Position numbers and translations under genes: made by a program. Shown piece by piece: positions 23,010 through 32,000 of a DNA stretch of 32,000 bases (position 1 is the stretch's first letter; each line of letters starts with the position of its first letter). The notes below the pieces were generated by a model that was given only the letters and a program-made list of their open reading frames with translations, made no database searches and was not told the DNA's origin. Source of the stretch: Vibrio cholerae ATCC 14035 (GTDB taxonomy: Bacteria; Pseudomonadota; Gammaproteobacteria; Enterobacterales; Vibrionaceae); NCBI RefSeq assembly GCF_000621645.1, contig NZ_JHXR01000030.1, positions 1 through 32,000 of the forward strand, written 5' to 3'.

Positions 23010-23233
23010 ATCAATGGTTACAGAACCAATGGTTTCAAGAGTGGTTTGAAAAGCTCACCTCCTATATCGCTTATCTGATGTCAGGGCTCGGTGTGTTCCT
23101 CGGCTTACTCAGTATTGAACAGTGGATATCCATCTTTGTGGGTGTCACTGCCCTAGTCGCCAATATTTGGCATAAACGCGCGATGCAGAAAATCGCCAAA
23201 GAACGAGGAATCTACCTCAATGAAAATAACTAA
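23006..23233 (+). CDS. Holin (two transmembrane segments)
   Basis: 75 aa from ATG 23006 (AAGGAG upstream). TMDs YIAYLMSGLGVFLGLL and WISIFVGVTALVANIW, with a charged C-terminus. Immediately upstream of the endolysin. Confidence 0.7.
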   Translation: MNQWLQNQWFQEWFEKLTSYIAYLMSGLGVFLGLLSIEQWISIFVGVTALVANIWHKRAMQKIAKERGIYLNENN

Positions 23234-23807
23234 AAAAATTTGGTGCTCAGTCGCCGCCGTGATCAGCCTTATCACGGGCGGGGCGATAGTCGGCCAAGAA
23301 TACGTACAGCCAGTTGGTCAAGTGGTGATCGAAGGCCAAGCCCTTGGTGAACTACGCATCAGCCCAAAAGGGCTAGAAATTATTGGAAACGCAGAAGGTT
23401 GCCGACAAGACCCTTATAAATGTCCGGCAGGTCTAATGACTAATGGAATTGGTAACACCCATGGTGTGCCGAATCACGTAGTGACACTTGAGCAAATTGC
23501 CAAAGATTGGGTGAAAAACATCAAAGAGGCAGAGCAATGTGTAACGGACGCTGAACGTCTGTCTGGGCGAAGGTTGAATCAAGGGCAGTTCGATGGTTTT
23601 ACATCATTTGTTTTCAATTTTGGATGTACCAAATTTCGAAAAAATAAAGATGGGACAGACACACGAATCTATCGAGCAATTAAACAAGGACGATTTATTC
23701 AAGGCTGCGGCCATATTCAAGAATGGGTGAAATTCGATGGAATAGTCCTGCCGGGGCTAGTCACTCGAAGAGGCTTGGAATATGCCAGATGTATGGAAGT
23801 GGATTAA
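23220..23807 (+). CDS. Endolysin, GH24 lysozyme with N-terminal signal-anchor-release-like segment
   Basis: EGCRQDPYKCPAGLMTNGIGNTHG and GLVTRRGLEYARC parallel P21 R ([23 protein letters not shown] ... GLMTRREIEREVC). N-terminus KIWCSVAAVISLITGGAIVG. Confidence 0.88.
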   Translation: MKITKKIWCSVAAVISLITGGAIVGQEYVQPVGQVVIEGQALGELRISPKGLEIIGNAEGCRQDPYKCPAGLMTNGIGNTHGVPNHVVTLEQIAKDWVKNIKEAEQCVTDAERLSGRRLNQGQFDGFTSFVFNFGCTKFRKNKDGTDTRIYRAIKQGRFIQGCGHIQEWVKFDGIVLPGLVTRRGLEYARCMEVD

Positions 23808-24123
23808 AGCCATCGGCTTAGCGGCATTGCTGATCACCATCCTAGTTTTAGGGTTACAGCTCAAAGCCAGCCAAGCCGAACAAATCACGCTGAGTGAAAA
23901 ACTCAGCCAAGCGCAGGCAGATAACCAAAGCAATTTAACCACCATCGCCACCCTGAAAGGGGAAGCCGCAGAACACAATGCACTGATGGTGAAAAGGCAG
24001 CAGGAACGAAACCAAAGCGAGGCGAAATTAAATGACGACATCGCAAAGCTTAAAGCGCAAATGGCAGGTATTGAATGCCACATTCCTGATGCTGTTACTC
24101 AGCGGCTGCGCGAACCGTACTGA
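23782..24123 (+). CDS. i-spanin (Rz-like)
   Basis: N-terminal TMD WIKAIGLAALLITILVLGL followed by a Gln/Ala/Lys-rich coiled-coil-like sequence. Follows the endolysin. Confidence 0.75.
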   Translation: MPDVWKWIKAIGLAALLITILVLGLQLKASQAEQITLSEKLSQAQADNQSNLTTIATLKGEAAEHNALMVKRQQERNQSEAKLNDDIAKLKAQMAGIECHIPDAVTQRLREPY

Positions 24124-24334
24124 AACCGTTTCAACACAGGTGATCTTTCGATTACCTCCCCCGGGTATGCTCGTGCCATGCAACAAACCGAGCGTGCAAG
24201 GCACATGGCCAGAAGTCGTCAGCGAAGACATTCCACGCCTAAAGCAAGCACTCAAAGAGTGCAATCAACAAATTGAAGACTATTTGAACTGGCGCACACA
24301 GCGCGAACAACCAACAGAGAGAGAAACACCATGA
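24032..24334 (+). CDS. o-spanin (Rz1-like lipoprotein), overlapped architecture
   Basis: The lipobox LLLSG/C follows the basic N-terminus MTTSQSLKRKWQVL. It starts inside the i-spanin gene in another frame and extends past it. The mature part is Pro-rich. Confidence 0.75.
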   Translation: MTTSQSLKRKWQVLNATFLMLLLSGCANRTETVSTQVIFRLPPPGMLVPCNKPSVQGTWPEVVSEDIPRLKQALKECNQQIEDYLNWRTQREQPTERETP

Positions 24335-24612
24335 CTAAACCTGTTTTCACAACCAAGCCTGTAACCGTTGATATTAATGGCATTGAATTTAACTTCGCAC
24401 CTGGTGTGGCTGATGCCAACAACTACGCGAACAGTGTTGCGCAAGATAGCAAAGTGGAACCTGCGCGTACCTACTTAGAGCGCACCGTGGATAAAGAACA
24501 AAAAGAAGCACTGATGGAGCTGATGAATACCGTTCCGGGGCTAGTCATGGATTTATTCGGTACGGTATTTAACGCGTCTAAGGGTGGCGTAAAAATCACC
24601 CTAAAAAACTAA
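24331..24612 (+). CDS. E: Tail assembly chaperone (P2 gpE-like)
   Basis: 93 aa, directly upstream of the tape measure gene. It ends at a slippery site. Confidence 0.75.
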   Translation: MTKPVFTTKPVTVDINGIEFNFAPGVADANNYANSVAQDSKVEPARTYLERTVDKEQKEALMELMNTVPGLVMDLFGTVFNASKGGVKITLKN

Positions 24613-24797
24613 AAGAGCGGGTAGAGCGCATCGAAGAGAACGGCATCGAACAAGCGTTCATTTTGCGGCGTCATTACCTACCCAATGAAGATGATGACCC
24701 GCAAAACCTCGCCCGCGCACTGTGGCTGGATAAGTTAGAAAAAGAGCGCACCGAATATGCGGTGATGTCCGCAATATCAAAGCTGTTTAAACGTTAA
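24331..24797 (+). CDS. Frameshift-extended tail chaperone (gpE+E-prime), -1 shift at A_AAA_AAC 24603-24609
   Basis: The heptamer is in the correct zero-frame phase (cta aaa aac taa). The -1 frame stays open for 62 codons (KKLKERVERIEENGIEQAF...AISKLFKR), to TAA 24795-24797, just before the tape measure start. Confidence 0.75.
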
Positions 24798-24808
24798 ATG
24801 GTAACCGA

Positions 24809-26626
24809 ATGGATGAAAAGCTGATGATGGTGATTGGTCTAGTTGACCAAATCACCAAGCCACTGCAAGGCATCACCACCGAAATTAATGGAGCCATGAG
24901 TGCCGCTGAAAAAGGCATGGAACAGGCTGCAAAGGGTGGTGCTGGCTTGTGGGCGACAGGCGTTGCCATTCAAAATGCGTTGATGCCCGCCATTGAAATT
25001 AACCGCAAGATTGGTGAAGTAAAATCACTCAATGTCGCGGCGGATACCCTAGAACACCTGAAAAATACAGCGCTGGATTTTTCAGGCGAATACGGTAAGT
25101 CAGCCACTGAATTTATCGGGGCGGCTTACGATATTCAATCTGCTATCGCAGGGTTAAAAGGCACTGAGCTTTCAGATTTTACCAAAAGCTCGGGCATTCT
25201 TGCGGCGGCGACCAAAGCAGACACCGCAACCATTACCAACTACATGGGCACCATGTATGGCATTTTTGAAAAAGATGCCGCAGCACTCGGAAACTCAAAC
25301 TGGGTAGAACGTGTGACAGGCATGACCGCACAAGCGGTGCAGATGTTTAAAACCGATGGTAATAAAATGTCTCAGGCGTTCAGTTCGCTTGGTTCATCAG
25401 CAACCGCCATGGGTGTGGATATGGCCGAGCAAATGGCCGTGCTTGGTATGCTCTCCGCCACCATGGGTGGAGGCGAAGCCGCCACGAAATACACCGCCTT
25501 CCTTGGCGGCGCAGTAAAAGCACAAGAAAAACTCGGGCTATCTTTCTTCGACTCATACGGAAAAATGCTACCGATGGCCGATATGTTGGAGTCAATTCAA
25601 CAGCGTATTGGGCATTTCTCGACAGATGAACAATTTGCCATTCTCTCTGATGCATTCGGTTCGGGTGAGGCGGTAAAACTTATTCAAAACCTGCAAAGCA
25701 AAACTGATGAGCTCGCTCAGAAAGTGGTTGAGCTAGATAAAAACTCAACCATGGAAACCGCCATCACTATGGCGAAAGCGATGACAGATCAATCGCAGCG
25801 TTTAGAAAACTCATGGTTCGCTATTCGAACCGCAGCATTTGGAATGGTTTTACCAGCCTTCAATGCCGTAACAGGCAGCATCGCCGATGGCCTAATGTGG
25901 CTCACATCCATGACTAAAGAGTATCCCACATTAACCACTGCACTGAGTACTGTTTCGATCATCGCTTTATCTTTTGGCGGTGTGGTTGCCTCTCTCTCGC
26001 TCGTGATGGGAATAGCCAAAATGATGGCAGGAGGTTGGAAAGTGACCATGCTTGGGCTAACCGGAATATTAAAGCTGTTTAGAATATTAACTTTGGATGC
26101 TGCAACGGGAACGTGGGTATTCAACTCAGCATTGTGGGCAAACCCGATAACATGGGTGGTTGCTGGCATTTTGGCGTTAATCGCTGCAGTCGGCGCAATG
26201 ATTTACTGGTGGGACGAAATCAAAGCCTCTTTTGCGGATACCACTTGGTTCAAAATCATCGCAGCCGCCATAGATGGCGTGATTGAAATGCTCAACATGA
26301 TCCCCGGCATCAACATCGAGTGGCGTGCCGGAGAACTGCCCGATGTGCCAGTACCAGAAACCCAACCCGCCATCGCAAAAGCCGTTCCTGTACTGCCAGA
26401 TGTCGCGGCGCTTGAAGCCTCGCGCCCAAGCATGGATAGCACACTCATTGACTACAAACGGCCAGAGAACACCCCGCAGCTATCCAAAAACATGGTGAAC
26501 AACCTCAACAGCAGCGAAAGCCGCACAACCCATAACGTGCGCCAGTACGGTGATGTTTACATCACGCCACAAGGCGGCATGACGCCAGAACAGCTTGCAG
26601 AATGGGATGAACTCAATGCCGGATAA
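24809..26626 (+). CDS. T: Tail tape measure protein
   Basis: 605 aa, Ala/Gly/Met-rich with hydrophobic segments near aa 380-470. Position after E/E-prime. Confidence 0.88.
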   Translation: MDEKLMMVIGLVDQITKPLQGITTEINGAMSAAEKGMEQAAKGGAGLWATGVAIQNALMPAIEINRKIGEVKSLNVAADTLEHLKNTALDFSGEYGKSATEFIGAAYDIQSAIAGLKGTELSDFTKSSGILAAATKADTATITNYMGTMYGIFEKDAAALGNSNWVERVTGMTAQAVQMFKTDGNKMSQAFSSLGSSATAMGVDMAEQMAVLGMLSATMGGGEAATKYTAFLGGAVKAQEKLGLSFFDSYGKMLPMADMLESIQQRIGHFSTDEQFAILSDAFGSGEAVKLIQNLQSKTDELAQKVVELDKNSTMETAITMAKAMTDQSQRLENSWFAIRTAAFGMVLPAFNAVTGSIADGLMWLTSMTKEYPTLTTALSTVSIIALSFGGVVASLSLVMGIAKMMAGGWKVTMLGLTGILKLFRILTLDAATGTWVFNSALWANPITWVVAGILALIAAVGAMIYWWDEIKASFADTTWFKIIAAAIDGVIEMLNMIPGINIEWRAGELPDVPVPETQPAIAKAVPVLPDVAALEASRPSMDSTLIDYKRPENTPQLSKNMVNNLNSSESRTTHNVRQYGDVYITPQGGMTPEQLAEWDELNAG

Positions 26627-26948
26627 ACGCTATATCGATATCAAAGTCATCGACGGCGGCTGGAAGATAGACGCAGGAGCGCAGCCAACCCAATGCAGCG
26701 ACCTTTACAGCATCGCTCAGGACATCAAACACGCGATCATGGAAAGCGGGCTGGCACGCAAATTAGTGGCAGAACGTAACCCCATTTTACGTGCAGACGT
26801 ACTGCTGCAAATCGAACAAAAAGCCGAGTTGGATAACCGCATTATTCCCGGCACGGCGAAAGCCACAGAAAGCGAAGCAGGAAACATCCTACTCACTGCC
26901 AACGCATACGACTACGAGCAACCCATCAGCACCGAGGTGATCGCATGA
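26616..26948 (+). CDS. Baseplate wedge protein (gpW/gp25-like)
   Basis: 110 aa from ATG 26616, overlapping the tape measure stop. Precedes the J-like gene. Confidence 0.5.
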   Translation: MPDKRYIDIKVIDGGWKIDAGAQPTQCSDLYSIAQDIKHAIMESGLARKLVAERNPILRADVLLQIEQKAELDNRIIPGTAKATESEAGNILLTANAYDYEQPISTEVIA

Positions 26949-28144
26949 GCAAAAGACCGCAGGCCGACTTTGTCGAAATACTCTCAGAATCGGGCGTGCC
27001 AGTTACTGAGGATGCCTTCGAGGCCGCGCTCAAAGCAGACGTGACAGAGTCAGGAAGCCTCTTGTCCAACGATTCGCAAATGTCACCCTTCTGGCGTTGG
27101 GTTCGTGCTGCTGTTGTGACACCTGCCGTGTGGCTGATCCGCACACTGCTCGCAGGGCATGTCATGCCCAATATCTTTGTGGGTACGGCGGAACGTTGGG
27201 CGCTAGAGCTAAAAGCATGGGAATACAACGTCACGCCCAAAGGCGCAGTGAGCACCCAAGGCTTAATCACCTTCACCAAAGCCAACGCCGCAGATGAAAC
27301 CAGTATCGAAGCAGGAACCATCATTCAAACGCCAGAGATTGAAGGCAAGGTGTACAAACTTACCGCAATAAAAACCACGGTGATCAAAGCGGGGCAAGCC
27401 TCCGGCAAAGTCTTGTGTGAAGCCAGTGAAGCGGGAGCCGCTTACAACCTGCCCGCCGGCTATTTCAGCATTCTGCCGCAGGGCGTATCGGGCATTGTCT
27501 CTGTCACCAATGAAGCGAATTGGATAACCCAACTCGGCGCAGACCAAGAAAGCGACGAAGAATTAGCCCTACGCCTACAAAACGCCTTTACCAGTGCGGG
27601 CGAATGGCACATTGACGATGTTTACCGCGCCATGATTGCCAGCGTGGCGGGGATCCGTAGTGATAACATCTTCTTTGAAAACACAGGCCACATCACACCG
27701 GGTAGCGCGAATGCTTACATTCTGATGGAAGTGGGCGCAACGCCACAGCATGTGCTTGACCAACTCAATAAACATATCATGCAAGACGGCCACCACGGCC
27801 ACGGTGACGTGCTGACTTGTTTAGCCATCCCAGAGACTCAGCACAGCATCAGTGCGCAGGTGGTCTTTGTCGCGAATCTCGATGAGATGCAGAAAATCAA
27901 TGAACTGCTGGAAGTAGAAAACCGCATTCGTGCCGCATTCCGTGAAACAGCGGCTTATCCAGAAATGACCAGAGCGAAACCAGAAAGCCGATTCAGCATT
28001 TCACAGCTCGCCCATGAAATTCACAGCAAGATGGAGAACGTCGAATCCGTACTCATCAAAGTAGACGGTGAACCAACCGACATCATCAGCTTGCTCACTC
28101 AACCCCGCTTACAAACCCTCACCGTCACGGAGCTGGAACAATGA
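26945..28144 (+). CDS. J: Baseplate protein J family
   Basis: 399 aa. ..QESDEELALRLQNAFTSAG.. is typical of Baseplate_J proteins. W-J-I order. Confidence 0.8.
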   Translation: MSKRPQADFVEILSESGVPVTEDAFEAALKADVTESGSLLSNDSQMSPFWRWVRAAVVTPAVWLIRTLLAGHVMPNIFVGTAERWALELKAWEYNVTPKGAVSTQGLITFTKANAADETSIEAGTIIQTPEIEGKVYKLTAIKTTVIKAGQASGKVLCEASEAGAAYNLPAGYFSILPQGVSGIVSVTNEANWITQLGADQESDEELALRLQNAFTSAGEWHIDDVYRAMIASVAGIRSDNIFFENTGHITPGSANAYILMEVGATPQHVLDQLNKHIMQDGHHGHGDVLTCLAIPETQHSISAQVVFVANLDEMQKINELLEVENRIRAAFRETAAYPEMTRAKPESRFSISQLAHEIHSKMENVESVLIKVDGEPTDIISLLTQPRLQTLTVTELEQ

Positions 28145-28800
28145 GCGAATGGGATAAACAAGCACCAGAGCTAGAACAAACGCCAACGCCGTGGTGGCAG
28201 GATGGCGAAACCACCTCAGAAGAGAAGATAGAACCCTATTTTCTGAGCAATGGTGTGTTTGCATTCATGCGCAAAGTGCGCGGCTGGTTGCTGTTCCCGC
28301 TTCAACAGTTTGACGCGCTCACCTGCAGTGAAAAAATTCTGCGCCTGATGGCGTGGGATAGAGACATCAAACAATTCAACGGTGAGCCGTTGTGGCTGTT
28401 TCGCAAGCGGGTGAAGTTTGCCACCGTTAACGCAAAAGACGCAGGCAGCGTAGCAGGGTTTAAACGCATCTTTGAACGCTTGGGCATTGCCATTGTGTCA
28501 TTCAAAGAACGCGAAAGCGCCGTAGAGTGGGATGTTTGCACGATTGAACTGACGGACAGTTCACTCTCACAAAACAGCCGTTTAGTACAAACGCTGATCG
28601 AACAATACGGCAGAACCTGCCGCCGCTATCGCTTTCAAGTGACCTATCCAAGCGAAATGAACATTTATCACGGCGAGTTCAGCCATAGCTTTGCACTCTA
28701 TCACGCCAAATCGGAAGAAGTGACCCACATCGAATTCAAGCCTCAGCCGATTGAGCACCATCAACAAATCTTTATCGCCACCTTAGGGGGTAACTCATGA
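28141..28800 (+). CDS. I: Tail/baseplate protein (P2 gpI-like)
   Basis: 219 aa. ..LRLMAWDRDIKQFNGEPLWLFRKRVKFATVNAKDAGSVAGFKRIFERLG.. parallels P2 I LPWLAWAFSVDRWDEKWPEATKRAVIRDAYFIHCHKGTIGAIRRVVEPLG. Confidence 0.7.
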   Translation: MSEWDKQAPELEQTPTPWWQDGETTSEEKIEPYFLSNGVFAFMRKVRGWLLFPLQQFDALTCSEKILRLMAWDRDIKQFNGEPLWLFRKRVKFATVNAKDAGSVAGFKRIFERLGIAIVSFKERESAVEWDVCTIELTDSSLSQNSRLVQTLIEQYGRTCRRYRFQVTYPSEMNIYHGEFSHSFALYHAKSEEVTHIEFKPQPIEHHQQIFIATLGGNS

Positions 28801-30635
28801 GCCAGACGGCCATTCCACTGCAGTTTGAAAAGTACCTGCAAAATCAAATCAGTGTCGGCAAAGCGCCAGACATGAACGAGATGATTTTTGCCTACATCCC
28901 AAACCTTGACCCAAGCCAGCCGATTGACCGTAACCAAGGGCTACCAGCCGTATCAACATGGGTGTATCAGCAGGATATCGATCAAGAGGGTAAGCTAGGC
29001 GACAACGCGCTAGTGTATTCCGTAGTGATCCCAGGTTCAGTGGCCGCGTTTACTTTTAACGCCATCTATCTGCGTGATAAAAACGTGCCCAACTCCTGCG
29101 GCATAGTCGTACACAAAGCCACTGAAACCAAAGAAGCGGGCATGGCAAGCACCAAAAGCCTAATGCAGCAATACACAGGGGCCGCGCAAATTGCAGGCAT
29201 TACGGTAGATGCGCAAACGTGGCAAATCGACTACCAAGCGCGTTTGTTGGGTATTGAAGATGATATGCGCCTCGTGAACTTGGATAACTACGGGCACACC
29301 GCATTCATTCAAGGCTTTGATGTCACCCAGCAAGCAGACCCAGCCAAATACAAAGTAGCACCGGGTGTGGTGTACGTTGGCGGCTTACGCGCCGAACTAA
29401 AAAACGAAGTCATTCAAACCATCAGCGACAAGCCTACGGGGTTATATATTGATGTTGCTCGCACGGGTACCGTGTTATCAAAGTGGCAGAACATCGTCAC
29501 CATTCGAGCTTCCGAGACACAGCTCACCGACTACATTGACCAAAACCAGCAGCAACACTACGTTGCAAGGCTGGCGGGGATTAATGCGAATGGGAGTATC
29601 ACAGATTGGCGTGTAAAAACAGACAACGCCGATCAAGAGTGGTCGCCATTTATTAACTACGGCATCGGCCACGAAGTCGTTCGCAATGGCTTGCGCTATA
29701 TCGCCAGATTGGCGTCAGGGCCGGATAATGGTGGGGCGATTACTCCTTCTGCATCGATCACAAACATTGAAATATGGGATATGGTCATCCCTCAATCATT
29801 TGCTATAAATCTCGTTGCATGGGTGAAAATTGCTAGCATATCAAAAACTTTAAGGGAGCCTGTTTATTTGACGATTTCTGGTGGTTCACCAGATAATAGC
29901 GCATTACTTTTTGTTGCAGACATCGTTTTCGGTGTAAATAGTATTGGTATTCCTTCGGCATCAATCGGAGCTAAATATCAGACTCTAACCGATCCAAAAT
30001 TTTACATTAGAGATGATGATGATGAAGACTCCTTTTCTCTGTGGGTAAACCGTCAAACCCCTGGACAAACGCAGTATACTATCACGATGCGTAGCCGCCC
30101 TCGTTTTTCCCAGACGTTAGTTGGTGTGCTAGAAAAGGCGGCTACGCAACCAAGTTTTACGACCTTAGTACCCTACGACACAGGCTACCAATTCGCCTCT
30201 ATTCCAATCGGCATGGAAGTGGCGTTTGACACGCCGCCGCCAACCAATGACCCGCGATTTCGCTTTGTTAAACTGACGTATAACGATGCTTACAACACGG
30301 GTTTGCTAACATCACAAACGCTTTCTGGTAGTGCGCCAGAGTTGGTTTCAACGGCGGTAATTTCAGCAGCGAAAAGCCCTATCAATGGGCAGACTATTTA
30401 TCTTAAGAACACAATGGGGGTATATGCAGTGCCAGCCACAACGGAAGGAATAATTGCACAAAACATACCTCAACCAGCAAGGTACAGAATAGACAGTATA
30501 AGTCATGGGGTTAGCTTGCAAACTGGCCCAAGTATCTCTGGATTCATCATAACTAGTGCAGCTTCCGAATCTCAGATTACTGGTGGTTTAAAACCCCGCA
30601 GTTTTGGTGAAGTCTTATACAAGAGGATTTACTAA
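28797..30635 (+). CDS. Tail fibre protein (conserved N-terminus, AT-richer variable C-terminus)
   Basis: 612 aa. The N-terminal segment IPLQFEKYLQNQISVGKAPDMNEMIFAYIPNLDP...ALVYSVVIP is the HP1/K139-type fibre N-domain as I recall it. Followed by an assembly chaperone. Confidence 0.8.
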   Translation: MSQTAIPLQFEKYLQNQISVGKAPDMNEMIFAYIPNLDPSQPIDRNQGLPAVSTWVYQQDIDQEGKLGDNALVYSVVIPGSVAAFTFNAIYLRDKNVPNSCGIVVHKATETKEAGMASTKSLMQQYTGAAQIAGITVDAQTWQIDYQARLLGIEDDMRLVNLDNYGHTAFIQGFDVTQQADPAKYKVAPGVVYVGGLRAELKNEVIQTISDKPTGLYIDVARTGTVLSKWQNIVTIRASETQLTDYIDQNQQQHYVARLAGINANGSITDWRVKTDNADQEWSPFINYGIGHEVVRNGLRYIARLASGPDNGGAITPSASITNIEIWDMVIPQSFAINLVAWVKIASISKTLREPVYLTISGGSPDNSALLFVADIVFGVNSIGIPSASIGAKYQTLTDPKFYIRDDDDEDSFSLWVNRQTPGQTQYTITMRSRPRFSQTLVGVLEKAATQPSFTTLVPYDTGYQFASIPIGMEVAFDTPPPTNDPRFRFVKLTYNDAYNTGLLTSQTLSGSAPELVSTAVISAAKSPINGQTIYLKNTMGVYAVPATTEGIIAQNIPQPARYRIDSISHGVSLQTGPSISGFIITSAASESQITGGLKPRSFGEVLYKRIY

Positions 30636-31159
30636 TGGACAATCCAGAAACTTTACTACCGAAGTTTTTCGCCTTTGAAGATGCGTTAATGCTAGAGCAT
30701 GTAGAAGGTGCAATCGAAATCACCGAGCAACAGTATAACGAAGCTTTAGCCGCCAAGATTGCAGGCCGCAAAGCGTTTGTGCGGGATGGTGAGTTAGTCA
30801 TTTTCTCTGGCATTATGCGCCCAATCTGGAACTGCGAAGACGGTTCAACCAAAGAAATTGACGAACAAGAGTTAATTCCAGAGGGTTGGACAGACAAAGA
30901 GCGAAAAACCGCTTTTGATCGCTGGATGGATGGCGAGTGGGTAACGGACATCAGCGCAAAATACATCGACGAATTCAACCAAGTCGATAACCTGCGCCGT
31001 AGTTTGTATTTCGCAATGGTTGACCAGTTGGCCTCAGAAGCTAACATCAAACGCCTGCAGGGAAAAGAAGCGGAAGCCATTGAACTGGAACGCCAAGCCA
31101 TTGCAGCCCGAGAGAAAATCCAGCTTGATCACCCTTGGCCTGTTAACCCTGAGGCGTAA
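30635..31159 (+). CDS. Tail fibre assembly protein
   Basis: 174 aa, ATGA-coupled to the fibre gene. The C-terminal ..LDHPWPVNPE motif is typical of the Tfa family. Confidence 0.75.
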   Translation: MDNPETLLPKFFAFEDALMLEHVEGAIEITEQQYNEALAAKIAGRKAFVRDGELVIFSGIMRPIWNCEDGSTKEIDEQELIPEGWTDKERKTAFDRWMDGEWVTDISAKYIDEFNQVDNLRRSLYFAMVDQLASEANIKRLQGKEAEAIELERQAIAAREKIQLDHPWPVNPEA

Positions 31160-31161
31160 CC

Positions 31162-32000
31162 ATGTGGCAAAACAACGCACTCACATGGCCAGCGTCAGCA
31201 GGCTCAATCCAGACCACGGCGGAATCAGTCACTCAACAAGTCGGCAGCACCATGAGTGCTGCCACTGGCCGACTAACCAACCTGCAAAGTGACGCCAATT
31301 TAGGGCGTCACCCTTTAAGCGCAGAAGCAGAGGCGTTACTCAACCTGCGCGGTGAGTTAAATACATTTCTCAATCAAGGCACTGTGCTCAGTGCAACGCC
31401 CTATCAGTTCCAAGTCGGGGAGAGGTTAGAGTCCGGCTGTTACCTAAGCCCAGCCAACGCCACCAAAACACTCGCTGCTAAACTGCGTGACCTTTCGGAT
31501 ACCCATAGGCCAAAAGGTCAGTTGTATGCTGTGGCAATCATGGTCAGCACACAAAGCCTTGGCGAGTTTGTCAGTACCTTGTCGGTAGTCACTCGCGCAT
31601 TTCCGCTGCCAGAGTGGTGCCAGTGTTACCGCCAAGCCGAAGCCATGAGCAAGCAAGAGGCTGAAAAGCTGCACCAGCCTGCGGGTATAATTCAGCCACG
31701 CTTTAAACCTTATGCGCATTTAAATGCTAACCCGTTAAATGACTACTTCGCCGCGCAAGGGGCGCAAATCGCCACGCTTGAATCACTGGCCAGTGATGCA
31801 AGTCATGTGATCGGCAAGTTGTCAGCGTTGGCACAAAAGCGCGCTAATCAGTTGAGTGAAATCACCGCAACCATCAACGCGCTTAAATCACTGAGCGGCA
31901 GCGTGTACAGCATAAAACTCAGCGGAACGCCGGAGAGCATCGCCACCCAATTGGAACAAGCCGCCGCGCCAAGCACCTGCCCGCACACCATCGCCAGTGT
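31162..32000 (+). CDS. Unassigned late-region protein, partial (open to the window end; absent from the ORF track)
   Basis: I translated from ATG 31162 (MWQNNALTWPASAGSIQTT...) and found no stop through nt 32000 (279 codons). The start lies 3 nt after the Tfa stop. Confidence 0.7.
   Translation, partial: MWQNNALTWPASAGSIQTTAESVTQQVGSTMSAATGRLTNLQSDANLGRHPLSAEAEALLNLRGELNTFLNQGTVLSATPYQFQVGERLESGCYLSPANATKTLAAKLRDLSDTHRPKGQLYAVAIMVSTQSLGEFVSTLSVVTRAFPLPEWCQCYRQAEAMSKQEAEKLHQPAGIIQPRFKPYAHLNANPLNDYFAAQGAQIATLESLASDASHVIGKLSALAQKRANQLSEITATINALKSLSGSVYSIKLSGTPESIATQLEQAAAPSTCPHTIAS

Larger units (their letters stand above)
280..32000. mobile_element. P2-superfamily (HP1/K139-like layout) temperate myovirus genome, prophage or attP-form; right end beyond window
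   Basis: Contiguous int, cI/cox/cII switch, gpA-type replicase and Ogr-type activator. Divergent Q-P / O-N-M-L head cassette, then R/S, sheath, tube, lysis cassette, E/E-prime, tape measure and W-J-I-fibre-assembly genes. Confidence 0.9.

Noticed and set aside
30577-31101. 174-aa minus-strand ORF mirroring the tail fibre assembly gene
   Set aside because: Same span as the well-supported plus-strand Tfa gene. Ser-rich antisense artefact.
1-32000. Search for CRISPR arrays, tRNA/rRNA genes, IS transposases, retron or DGR reverse transcriptases, and invertible fibre segments
   Set aside because: I saw no regularly spaced direct repeats with spacers, no cloverleaf-like or rRNA-like sequence in intergenic regions, and no transposase, RT or invertase motifs in any listed ORF.

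Overview
The window is almost entirely one P2-superfamily temperate myovirus genome. It is either a prophage or an attP-form copy. Gene order resembles the HP1/K139 subgroup, and composition and codon usage look Vibrio-like. The genome continues past nt 32000. From left to right: a truncated host guaC 3-prime end with its terminator (1-340) and a GTGGCG repeat array. Next comes a minus-strand lysogenic operon, cI -> BRCT/helical-repeat protein -> secreted 137-aa protein -> int (412-3434). A divergent switch region precedes the early operon: cox-like, cII, small unknown ORFs, an N6-adenine methyltransferase, a duplicated zinc-ribbon mini-ORF and a gpA-type replicase (3583-10251). An accessory island follows (10261-13831), at the position of the P2 tin/old and 186 tum loci. 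It holds a minimal DUF262 protein, an XRE regulator, a small gene behind a near-perfect LexA box, an Ogr/Delta-type zinc-finger activator, a YhaV-like toxin with a short PrlF-C-terminal-like antitoxin, a 430-bp repeat-dense non-coding tract (possible cos) and a Bro-N protein. The remainder is the canonical late region: Q-P / O-N-M-L, R, S, sheath, tube, TraR, holin, SAR-endolysin, overlapped spanins, E/E-prime frameshift, tape measure, W, J, I, fibre and fibre assembly. I saw no rRNA, tRNA, CRISPR array or IS transposase. The best candidates for new biology are the two cargo genes inside the cI-int operon and the rep-to-portal accessory island with its SOS-controlled module. All similarity statements are by-eye recognition from memory. 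No database search was run.
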